Source of the DNA: Patescibacteria group bacterium
Lineage (GTDB): Bacteria > Patescibacteriota > JACPGU01
DNA length: 64,000 nt
Assembly: GCA_028718745.1 (NCBI GenBank)
Contig: JAQULF010000002.1
Location: forward strand, 11,628 to 75,627
Direction of reading: 5' to 3'
Positions 9,791 through 17,041 of this stretch are shown here, piece after piece (positions within the stretch are counted from its first letter, which is position 1; each line of letters begins with the position of its first letter). The notes beneath the pieces are model-generated. The model did no database searches. It worked only from the letters and a program-made list of their open reading frames with translations, and was not told the DNA's origin. A program made the position numbers and the translations under genes.

Positions 9791-10414
9791 TTATTTTTTA
9801 CTTCTTCTATATCTTGTTCCCACATGTTGTTCGCTCATAACAGCAATTTTATTTTCGAGTAAATAATTTGATATTTGACCGAATGTCATTTTTTCTTCCT
9901 CTCGCATCTTTATTATTATTGGATCTGTTTCTATGTGTAAACGATATTTTTCCTTTTGTTTGTTTTTGCCCTTAATTTTTTCCAACAGCTTATTATATTC
10001 CTCGCCTACACCCTCTATATCTCTTGCTTTACCGCCAAGAAAGGTGCGTATTCCATGTTCTATCTCAGCTTTTCCCTTAGAGAAATCCACATTCAAAAAA
10101 ACTTGCGCTCTGCTTGGCTTGAGATTATCAAAAATTTCCATATTACCAAAAAATAAATAATGTTCTAATAGCTCTCGAAAATTCCAAGGCAATCCACATT
10201 GCGAAACAATATCTTTTAAGTCTCTAATGTAGTTGTGATAATTTGGTCCAAGCGAGTTAATAAATTCGTTATAATTTTTGAATTCCTCGGTTTTCCATTT
10301 TATCTTGAAGTCTAAAGAAATTTTTTTGAATTTATTGCCTAAAACCAAGATCTTCATATCTTGCTCTGCCGCATTATGCTTTCTAAGTTGTTTTTTGGAA
10401 GATTTTTTTATCAT
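9791..10414 (-). CDS. Hypothetical protein with a possible C-terminal HTH
   Basis: 207 aa. C-terminal 'MTFGQISNYLLENKIAVMSEQ' resembles a resolvase or Psq-type HTH. No catalytic motif seen. Confidence 0.4.
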   Translation of the reverse strand: MIKKSSKKQLRKHNAAEQDMKILVLGNKFKKISLDFKIKWKTEEFKNYNEFINSLGPNYHNYIRDLKDIVSQCGLPWNFRELLEHYLFFGNMEIFDNLKPSRAQVFLNVDFSKGKAEIEHGIRTFLGGKARDIEGVGEEYNKLLEKIKGKNKQKEKYRLHIETDPIIIKMREEEKMTFGQISNYLLENKIAVMSEQHVGTRYRRSKK

Positions 10415-10448
10415 ATCATAGATTATAATATGGCTCTATTATAACACA

Positions 10449-10478
10449 GAAAAACAGGCTCGAAAGCCTGCTTTTCTT
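10449..10478. terminator. Bidirectional intrinsic terminator hairpin
   Basis: The stem-loop caggctcgaaagcctg is flanked by T-runs on both strands (aaaaacaggctcgaaagcctgcttttcttct). It lies just 3' of the minus-strand tRNA-His. Confidence 0.55.
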
Positions 10479-10482
10479 CTGA

Positions 10483-10555
10483 AGGTGACTAAAGGGAGTC
10501 GAACCCTTGACCTCGGCACCACAAGCCGATGTTTTACCGCTAAACTATAGTCACC
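10483..10555 (-). tRNA. tRNA-His (anticodon GUG)
   Basis: Reverse complement folds as a cloverleaf with acceptor GGUGACU/AGUCACC, anticodon arm UCGGC-UUGUGGU-GCCGA, and T-arm AAGGG-UUCGACU-CCCUU. No encoded G-1 or CCA. Confidence 0.8.
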
Positions 10556-10645
10556 ACGCAATTTTTATTTCAAATTTTCTTATTTTATTTTATATATTCA
10601 TTATACCCAATCAATAAAATATGGTAAATGACGCGATGTTAGTAT

Positions 10646-11971
10646 TTATGCACATGGAACCGCGTAAAAATAATCAGCTTCTAATAATAAAAGGTATCTG
10701 CCCCATGGATCTTTGATGAAAAGTAGAGGATTTTTACTTACATATTCTTGCAACGTTGGCTTTGTTAGATTTTCTTCTTTACTAACCTGCTCATCAAACC
10801 ACTGATTGAAACGGTTACCATAAATATATTTGAAAATTGGATCATTTGTATTTCGGAGATCGTATATAGCAATCTGAGAACTTTTTATCTCGCCTATCTT
10901 TGCAGTTTCGCTATCTGTAATATTCGGGAGATAGGTAGTATCTCCCAACTGAATACAGCCATTATTATAAGAAGTGTAGGTATCAAATATGGGAATGCTG
11001 ATGTCAGTTTGATTCTTTGAGAATTTCAAACCAATATAATCTGCTAGCTTGGAACTTGCCGGGAACCCCAGAGAACTATTTTTAGTATTTAAAAAATAAT
11101 GATAGCCAATACCTGTAGAATCAACCACAATTACGCCATCTCTTGTAGTAAGGTATTTATCTCTGGTTTCTCTTGCTGTTGTCTGCTCTGGAGTCTCGTT
11201 TTTAGGAGTCTCTCCCGGCAGTGAATAGCTTATATAAACAGTATCATCGGCATAAAATTTTAAATTCTCATAATCGCTTTTGAGTCTGTTTTTCTCATCA
11301 AAGTTAGTTTGCAAAATAGTTGATTGAGATAGTCCACCGTTCGGGTTTCGTGTTGCAGCGGGATCGGAAGTGATAGCAATGTTACCAACAAAAAATGCCA
11401 TGTTGGTTTCTTTATCTAAAACAAACTGATCGTTGATGGGTATTTCATCTATTGCTTCCCTATCCAGAAAGTCTTTTTTTGTAACTTTGTTACTATTTAG
11501 TCTTGCAACCCGATCATCATCATTGCCCCATTTATTTTTATTCCAATCAAACACGTAGTCTTTGAAATCTTTGGTGGCAAAAACATAAGGAACGGGTGCA
11601 CTCTTATAGTCGGCATCCGGACGAACCGCAATAATTCTCGTATATCCCGCATATTTCCCGACAGTAAATTTCCCCGCCTCATAATAATTAATGGTTTCTT
11701 CGCTAACCCCCATCTGCGCATCTTCTTTGGTAAGGTTGAAAAGCCCTAGCTTCTGATCAAGTTTTTTCATTGTGCCTGTAAAAACCTGCCTAACTTCAAT
11801 CTGCGGATTGATATTCCCACCAGTTACATCTGTAATTTCAGTTTTTTGCGCAAGGTTTTTATTTGCATTCTTTGAACGAACTGTCGCAAAATAAGAACCA
11901 ACTACAAGAATGGAAACAATCAAAACTGTCCCAATAATCATAGAGATGTATTTTTTGCCTCTTGTAATCAT
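10646..11971 (-). CDS. Secreted or membrane-anchored hypothetical protein
   Basis: The track ORF 10646..12058 has an implausible 29-residue N-terminal extension that runs into a tRNA fragment. The likely start is the internal Met (MITRGKKYISMIIGTVLIVSILVV), which has a signal-anchor. Confidence 0.5.
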   Translation of the reverse strand: MITRGKKYISMIIGTVLIVSILVVGSYFATVRSKNANKNLAQKTEITDVTGGNINPQIEVRQVFTGTMKKLDQKLGLFNLTKEDAQMGVSEETINYYEAGKFTVGKYAGYTRIIAVRPDADYKSAPVPYVFATKDFKDYVFDWNKNKWGNDDDRVARLNSNKVTKKDFLDREAIDEIPINDQFVLDKETNMAFFVGNIAITSDPAATRNPNGGLSQSTILQTNFDEKNRLKSDYENLKFYADDTVYISYSLPGETPKNETPEQTTARETRDKYLTTRDGVIVVDSTGIGYHYFLNTKNSSLGFPASSKLADYIGLKFSKNQTDISIPIFDTYTSYNNGCIQLGDTTYLPNITDSETAKIGEIKSSQIAIYDLRNTNDPIFKYIYGNRFNQWFDEQVSKEENLTKPTLQEYVSKNPLLFIKDPWGRYLLLLEADYFYAVPCA

Positions 11972-12085
11972 CTTTTTAAATTCACTACTATAAAACCAAC
12001 ATATAACTAAACGTTTAGCAGAAAAACATCGCAGTTCGTTAGCCTGATCTCTTTCCAAACCTGTAATACCTCTGGTGGAAAGTCT

Positions 12086-12156
12086 TTGCTCAGGTGGAAT
12101 CGAACCCTCGATACCAGTACCACAAACTGGAGTTTTACCACTAAACTATGGTCACC
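12086..12156 (-). pseudogene. tRNA-His(GUG)-like fragment: 5' two-thirds is intact, but the T-arm and 3' acceptor strand are non-complementary
   Basis: Reverse complement GGUGACCAUAGUUUAGUGGUAAAACUC-CAGUU-UGUGGUA-CUGG... has good D and anticodon arms. The T-stem GAGGG/CCACC and the 3' strand UGAGCAA cannot pair with GGUGACC. Confidence 0.5.
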
Positions 12157-12159
12157 ACG

Positions 12160-12233
12160 CGTCCTCGGCAGGAGTTGAACCCGCAACCTCTTGGTTCGAA
12201 GCCAAGTGCTCTATCCAGTTGAGCTACGAGGAC
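12160..12233 (-). tRNA. tRNA-Arg (anticodon UCG)
   Basis: Reverse complement GUCCUCGUAGCUCAACUGGAUAGAGCACUUGG-CUUCGAA-CCAAG...GGGUUCAACUCC...CGAGGACG. Acceptor and T-arm are canonical. Confidence 0.85.
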
Positions 12234-12237
12234 ATAA

Positions 12238-12308
12238 AGCCTCCTGTCAGAATCGAACTGACGCTTATGGTTTACGATACCACCGTTCTACCACTGAACT
12301 AAGGAGGC
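12238..12308 (-). tRNA. tRNA-Thr (anticodon CGU)
   Basis: Reverse complement GCCUCCUUAGUUCAGUGGUAGAACGGUGGU-AUCGUAA-ACCAU...CAGUUCGAUUCUGACAGGAGGCU. Confidence 0.8.
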
Positions 12309-12382
12309 AAGCAGCAGTGGCTCACAAACTTACCATAACAATATAACACGCCTAAAAATTAAAAGACAACAAAACAACCAAA

Positions 12383-12452
12383 GCGAGTGAGGAGAATCGA
12401 ACTCCCGCCTCAACCTTGGGAAGGTCGCGTTCTGCCATTGAACTACACTCGC
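12383..12452 (-). tRNA. tRNA-Gly (anticodon CCC)
   Basis: Reverse complement GCGAGUGUAGUUCAAUGGCAGAACGCGACC-UUCCCAA-GGUUG...GGGAGUUCGAUUCUCCUCACUCGC. Confidence 0.8.
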
Positions 12453-12465
12453 GCAAATTGTTAAA

Positions 12466-12537
12466 AGCGGGCGAACGGAATCGAACCGTCATCCTCAGCT
12501 TGGAAGGCTAATGTACTAACCATTGTACGACGCCCGC
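12466..12537 (-). tRNA. tRNA-Gly (anticodon UCC)
   Basis: Reverse complement GCGGGCGUCGUACAAUGGUUAGUACAUUAGC-CUUCCAA-GCUGA...GACGGUUCGAUUCCGUUCGCCCGC. Confidence 0.8.
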
Positions 12538-12683
12538 TCGTCACAGTTCGCTTCATGCTCTCCATAAAAATTCGATTACGAATTTTTCTTCCAAGCATTC
12601 CGCAACTGCTCCTCTTACGAAAAAATCCTATTATATATTTTTGGTATAGATTTTTTCGTTTTTTCTTAAGTCTGACTAAACTA

Positions 12684-12702
12684 AATCGGGGGTGTGGGAT
12701 TC
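12684..12702. repeat. 19-nt exact direct repeat of the tRNA-Pro 3' end (att-core-like), lying 130 nt downstream of the tRNA
   Basis: aatcgggggtgtgggattc occurs at 12684-12702 and again at 12832-12850, which is the 3' acceptor and T-stem of tRNA-Pro plus two trailer nucleotides. Confidence 0.7.
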
Positions 12703-12793
12703 CTCCTCGCTCCGACTCGGAGCCGGGGCGCTACACACAGAATGCTCCTAAAGTCGCATTCTACTCGCGCCCTTCGAATCCCCATCCCATATG

Positions 12794-12830
12794 ATCAGAA
12801 ATATGGGCTAATTATAGCCATATTTCTGAT
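12794..12830. other. Near-perfect 16-bp inverted repeat hairpin immediately 3' of tRNA-Pro
   Basis: atcagaaatatgggcta-attat-agccatatttctgat. Confidence 0.5.
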
Positions 12831-12833
12831 TAA

Positions 12834-12908
12834 TCGGGGGTGTGGGATTCGAACCCACGACCTCTCGGTCCCAAACCGAGTGCGCTAGCCAGGCTACGCT
12901 AACCCCCG
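12834..12908 (-). tRNA. tRNA-Pro (anticodon UGG)
   Basis: Reverse complement CGGGGGUUAGCGUAGCCUGGCUAGCGCACUCGG-UUUGGGA-CCGAG...GUGGGUUCGAAUCCCACACCCCCGA. Confidence 0.85.
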
Positions 12909-12933
12909 AAGATATTTTTATAAAAGTTCCTTC

Positions 12934-13010
12934 TAAACCCACGACCTCCCCGTACGGGGTGCGCTATAGCCAGCGGAGTCTACCCCGTCGGATAGCGGGA
13001 CTAACCCCCG
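12934..13010 (-). pseudogene. Degenerate tRNA-Pro paralogue or fragment
   Basis: Shares exact blocks with tRNA-Pro: CGGGGGUUAG at the 5' end, CUGGCUA / AGCGCAC in the D region, and AGGUCGUGGGUU. It has a 26-nt insertion after the acceptor 5' strand, a 2-nt 'anticodon loop' (CCCCG-UA-CGGGG), and no 3' T-loop or acceptor. Confidence 0.5.
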
Positions 13011-13068
13011 TGCCTATGACACAAAAAAATTATAACACAAAGAGAATCTTTTTTCAACTAAAAAAGCT

Positions 13069-14691
13069 CTATCTTTCCTCAAACTTCTTGGGTGTCACCC
13101 AAAATCCTAAACGAAATCGTCCTCCTAGGATCATCCTGGTTTGAGCATCTAGCGCTGGTATAGAACCAAAGATTATACCGGTCACAGGAGTAACTATCCA
13201 CTGAAACGCCATTTCTAAAAGTTTCCATGCAGTATATCTTTTTGGTCTTTGCGGAAGCAACATAAAACCAATGAAGGCGGAAATAAAAATACCAATCCAG
13301 GTTATAGTTAAAATATCTCGAGCCATTATGGGAAGATTATAGGCTAAAATACTCCCCCGAAAATCAGCATTCAAGAGCAGAGGCATCCATCCGCCAAAAG
13401 CTATCAAAAGAGATGCGGTTGACCACTCTATTGTTCCGAAAAATAATCTTCGAATTAAAACCAATTTTGGCCACCAAGGAATTTCTTTATGTTTTAAAGA
13501 TTCAATTACTAAATAAGGAAAATTCTCCATTCCCCATGCCCATCTCCTTTTTTGAAAATACTGAAATTTCAATGTCTCCCAAAAAGAATTTCCCGCTACC
13601 GCATCCATATATACCGGTGTGAACAAAGGAACAGCCCTATGATCGCCATGATATTTGAAAAACACGCGATAAAATTGTCGAGAGTCTTCACTAACAATAG
13701 TCGCATCTTGAAAATCTATATCTATCAAAGTTTTGAGGCTTGATGCTTGAGAAGAAAAATTTATCAGTCTATATGGCCGACAGCTCTCTATCATTTGCCA
13801 AAAAGATGAACCCAAAGCAACCGTACGAGTTACAAATGGTGTTTCCCAGATATTATTATTAAATAATGGTATGGGCTGATAAGATCGTTTTGTTCTTTTG
13901 ATGTTAATTAGATATTTATAAATTAAACACCCCACATATTCTTTGCTTACCCTAGTATCTCCATCAAATACGGACACAACCACATCATCGTATTCAATTC
14001 CCTTTTTATCTATATATTTTTTCAACTCTTTGCCTGCCCAGTGCGTAGTTGCGCTTTTACCTTTTAGTTCTCCGATAATTCCATCGGGGTGAACCGTATA
14101 AAACATATCATAAAAATCTTTTCCGAATTCTTTTTTTAATTTTTCAAATCGCTCAAATTTATCGTTTCCCGCTTCTCTTTCTTCAAGAGGAATGACAACT
14201 ATGGTTTTACCTGTTGGAAAGTTTGCGTCTATCAATGATTTTACCGAACTTCTTATAATTCTGTATTCATCTCTATAGTTAGGCAGCATTACTACATGAT
14301 AAATATCTTGCCAACTTTTTTTATAATCATCCAGCATTTCTTTTAGATCAATTAATTCCTGCAATTCCTCCCGTGTTCTTCTGCGCATAAATATATTCGT
14401 TCTTAAAAGTTCCTCTGTCTTTTCAATTATATAACTATCGAGATTGTCTAATTTCTTACATCTTTCAAACCAATTGATTCGATTATCCCTTTTCATGTGA
14501 AAATGGGATGATACCAAAAAAACTCCCATTAAAAAAGCCTTACTTAAGAAATAAACATCAAAAATAATCATAAAATAAGCTAACCAGCGGGGACCCCAAA
14601 TACTAAAAACAAATGGGGAAAGCAAAATAGCCCAAGCAGTAGCGCCGGGCAATATCTCTAAAAATCTTTTCAATCTAGCCTCTTTTATCAT
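13069..14691 (-). CDS. Membrane-embedded family 2 processive glycosyltransferase (cellulose/chitin/hyaluronan-synthase-like)
   Basis: 540 aa. N- and C-terminal TM helices, a cytoplasmic GT2 domain with DGD-type 'SVFDGDTRV', and the processive signature 'QKRRWAWG' (Q(Q/R)xRW). Confidence 0.75.
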   Translation of the reverse strand: MIKEARLKRFLEILPGATAWAILLSPFVFSIWGPRWLAYFMIIFDVYFLSKAFLMGVFLVSSHFHMKRDNRINWFERCKKLDNLDSYIIEKTEELLRTNIFMRRRTREELQELIDLKEMLDDYKKSWQDIYHVVMLPNYRDEYRIIRSSVKSLIDANFPTGKTIVVIPLEEREAGNDKFERFEKLKKEFGKDFYDMFYTVHPDGIIGELKGKSATTHWAGKELKKYIDKKGIEYDDVVVSVFDGDTRVSKEYVGCLIYKYLINIKRTKRSYQPIPLFNNNIWETPFVTRTVALGSSFWQMIESCRPYRLINFSSQASSLKTLIDIDFQDATIVSEDSRQFYRVFFKYHGDHRAVPLFTPVYMDAVAGNSFWETLKFQYFQKRRWAWGMENFPYLVIESLKHKEIPWWPKLVLIRRLFFGTIEWSTASLLIAFGGWMPLLLNADFRGSILAYNLPIMARDILTITWIGIFISAFIGFMLLPQRPKRYTAWKLLEMAFQWIVTPVTGIIFGSIPALDAQTRMILGGRFRLGFWVTPKKFEER

Positions 14692-15104
14692 AAATTAAAA
14701 CTAAAAATATAGAAGGCAGTAATAGCTAAAATTAAGAAATTCAAAAATATGGTTCCGCCAATAAGTAGAAAAGCGGCAAAAGAGTTCTTTCTATAAACCA
14801 AGAAAGCTAGAATAAGATTAATTAATGACATGAAGGAATCCAGGAAAAGAAATGAATAAAACCTGGGAATATAGGGAATGTTAAGAAGAAAATTCAAATA
14901 AGATTCTGTAACAAACCCGGATCCGATCAATCTGTTGAGCCATAAGAACCAAGTGGTGACATTTAATACGATTACTAAAAAAACCAAAGAGAGAACATAT
15001 CGGTTTCGCCAAAATATCTTTATTTTCAGATATTTATAAAAGGAGTTTCTGAAAAACCCCAAAGCAAAAAAATGTGAAAGTCTTTTTTTTATTTCTTCAA
15101 CCAT
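14688..15104 (-). CDS. Small multipass membrane protein
   Basis: 138-aa hydrophobic ORF with a 4-nt overlap with the upstream GT2 gene. Confidence 0.45.
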   Translation of the reverse strand: MVEEIKKRLSHFFALGFFRNSFYKYLKIKIFWRNRYVLSLVFLVIVLNVTTWFLWLNRLIGSGFVTESYLNFLLNIPYIPRFYSFLFLDSFMSLINLILAFLVYRKNSFAAFLLIGGTIFLNFLILAITAFYIFSFNL

Positions 15105-15107
15105 ATA

Positions 15108-15125
15108 AACGGACCCGGCCGGATT
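15108..15125. repeat. 18-nt exact direct repeat of the tRNA-Asp 3' end, lying about 60 nt downstream of the tRNA
   Basis: aacggacccggccggatt occurs at 15108-15125 and at 15186-15203, which is the 3' acceptor and T-stem of tRNA-Asp plus two trailer nucleotides. Confidence 0.7.
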
Positions 15126-15187
15126 TTTACCCCGTCGAATGACTGGGGCGAACCGGTAACGGATTTTTAATCAAACTAAGTGTCTAA

Positions 15188-15261
15188 CGGACCCGGCCGG
15201 ATTCGAACCGGTGATCTTCTCCGTGACAGGGAGACGTGATAGGCCTCTTCACTACGGGTCC
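15188..15261 (-). tRNA. tRNA-Asp (anticodon GUC)
   Basis: Reverse complement GGACCCGUAGUGAAGAGGCCUAUCACGUCUCC-CUGUCAC-GGAGA...ACCGGUUCGAAUCCGGCCGGGUCCG. Confidence 0.85.
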
Positions 15262-15314
15262 AGAAATTCTTTTTGTAAGTTATATTATATCCTAAAAAGA
15301 GCCACTTTTCAAGC

Positions 15315-16253
15315 TTAATGCAGAAAAGATACAATTCTTATTTGTTTCCTTTGCTCTTTCATAAAGTCGTCATATGAACCCTTAAAATAACCCCTTCTTT
15401 CATAAACATTAAAGATATAATAACCATTGGCAGTTTTTATTGGTTCATTAATCTGACTCGACTGCAAATTGTAAAAAACACTCTGGATCTCGTCAGGAAG
15501 ATCTTCTTTGAAGTAAATATCTTTGCCAAAATTCTGAACAACACCGTCGTTCTTATTTCCATAAAGAGCATAATTTTGGTCAAAACTAGACTTACCATCC
15601 CGTATTTCATTATAAATATCGTTCGATCTTTGGAGCGCTTTCTCCCAATCTTCTTTTTTATTTGGATCTTCTACCGTTATTAATATCGCTTTCATTTTCA
15701 AATTATATAAAAAATTATTCTTTACTTTCTCCGTCAAAAGATTCTGATAAATTTTATCTTTTATATCGTTTGCGTCTATCCCCGCAGAATATTTTAATAT
15801 ATTTACAATCTCCTTATCATTGCCGGTACTTTTTACAATATTTTCATACTCTTTCTTTACATCTGCATCGGTTATCTCTTCTTTCTCGCTCTTCAATAAG
15901 TTCTCCATGATGATCTCATTTATCGACTCATTTTTGGTTTTATCCTTCAAAACATCATAGTTTTTTTTACCTTCGGATCCGGAAGCAAAATTAACTTTAT
16001 AAGCAATTTCATAAATTTTTTTATTCTCCGCTATTTTATCATCGAGAGATAAAAAAGTTACAATTCTATTACCCACAATAAGAGCTGGGTAAGGAATTAT
16101 TTTCTTTGTTAGAAAAAAATAATAATTATTTGGATTAGAATAGTAAACAAAAAAACCATTTATAACGACAAAAAGAATTATCCCGAGCAAGGCCCAAAGG
16201 AGTTTCTTTTTGGATTTTTTTACCTTGAATATTTTTATAATCTCTTTTCTCAT
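15315..16253 (-). CDS. Membrane-anchored hypothetical protein (possible SurA/PrsA-N-like chaperone domain)
   Basis: 312 aa with an N-terminal TM helix. The periplasmic portion has weak SurA_N-like character. Low confidence. Confidence 0.4.
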   Translation of the reverse strand: MRKEIIKIFKVKKSKKKLLWALLGIILFVVINGFFVYYSNPNNYYFFLTKKIIPYPALIVGNRIVTFLSLDDKIAENKKIYEIAYKVNFASGSEGKKNYDVLKDKTKNESINEIIMENLLKSEKEEITDADVKKEYENIVKSTGNDKEIVNILKYSAGIDANDIKDKIYQNLLTEKVKNNFLYNLKMKAILITVEDPNKKEDWEKALQRSNDIYNEIRDGKSSFDQNYALYGNKNDGVVQNFGKDIYFKEDLPDEIQSVFYNLQSSQINEPIKTANGYYIFNVYERRGYFKGSYDDFMKEQRKQIRIVSFLH

Positions 16254-17038
16254 TTCAGGTCACCTTTCCAATAAGAATACAGAGTTATTAATACTAAAAT
16301 TAGAATGAAGGTTATTATATTTTTTAACAAATATTTCAGCTTTGGTTTCTCGGATAAATAAGCCTCGACTATAGCCCAATATACATAATATGTGGAAACT
16401 AAAAAAAGGCTCTTTATAAAAAATGATTTAATCGGGATAAAAAAGGAAAAAAGCGATGCTTCTGAAAATAATATCGCCGGAATTACTAGCAACAGAAAAA
16501 GGATATTTTTATTTATTTTAAAAAGCTTCAGTTTATAATAAAGCAGAATTATCAAAAATAAATTGATAAGAATGATCAACAGCCAATAAGGAAAGTATAA
16601 ACTATAGAAAAAGTTGTAAGCCGAGAAGAAGAACAAGAAAACAGTAAAAAATAAAGCTATATTCTTAAGCGGATTCGGCTTTTTGTTTTCTATTTCCAAA
16701 AATAAGGATAGATTTAAAACTATTGTTAGAAATAATGCTATTTGACTAGCTTGAAAAGAAAGAGAGAAATAGCAGAACAGTATAAAACTTAGATTTAACA
16801 AAAATGGTAATATCAGTCTAAAAATTTCTTCTTTTAACAGCGTTTTTCTAAGGAACAAATAAAAACTATAAAATAAAAAAATAAATAATTCTGCGACAAC
16901 TAGATATCCAAGATAATCTTTGCTAAAGTCAAAGGAGAATAAACTTTTTTCAAGCAGCGTGTAAATAATGCCCTCTCCTAAAACGAGGAGGAGGATTGAG
17001 AAAAAGATATTAGATCTTTTTGCGAAAAAATTACCCAT
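16250..17038 (-). CDS. Polytopic membrane protein, hypothetical
   Basis: 262 aa, extremely hydrophobic with about 8 TM segments. Confidence 0.45.
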   Translation of the reverse strand: MGNFFAKRSNIFFSILLLVLGEGIIYTLLEKSLFSFDFSKDYLGYLVVAELFIFLFYSFYLFLRKTLLKEEIFRLILPFLLNLSFILFCYFSLSFQASQIALFLTIVLNLSLFLEIENKKPNPLKNIALFFTVFLFFFSAYNFFYSLYFPYWLLIILINLFLIILLYYKLKLFKINKNILFLLLVIPAILFSEASLFSFFIPIKSFFIKSLFLVSTYYVYWAIVEAYLSEKPKLKYLLKNIITFILILVLITLYSYWKGDLK

Positions 17039-17041
17039 TTT

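Noticed and set aside
10646-12058. Full-length 470-aa call for the secreted protein
   Set aside because: The first 29 codons extend into the pseudo-tRNA-His spacer, and the hydrophobic signal-anchor begins only after the internal Met at 11971. I trimmed the start rather than accept the upstream ATG.
12075-12302. 75-aa plus-strand ORF (and the neighbouring 12555-13144 ORFs) overlying the tRNA cluster
   Set aside because: They run antisense through tRNA genes and structured spacer, use a GTG-type start, and have no RBS or plausible protein features. They are artefacts of GC-rich tRNA sequence.
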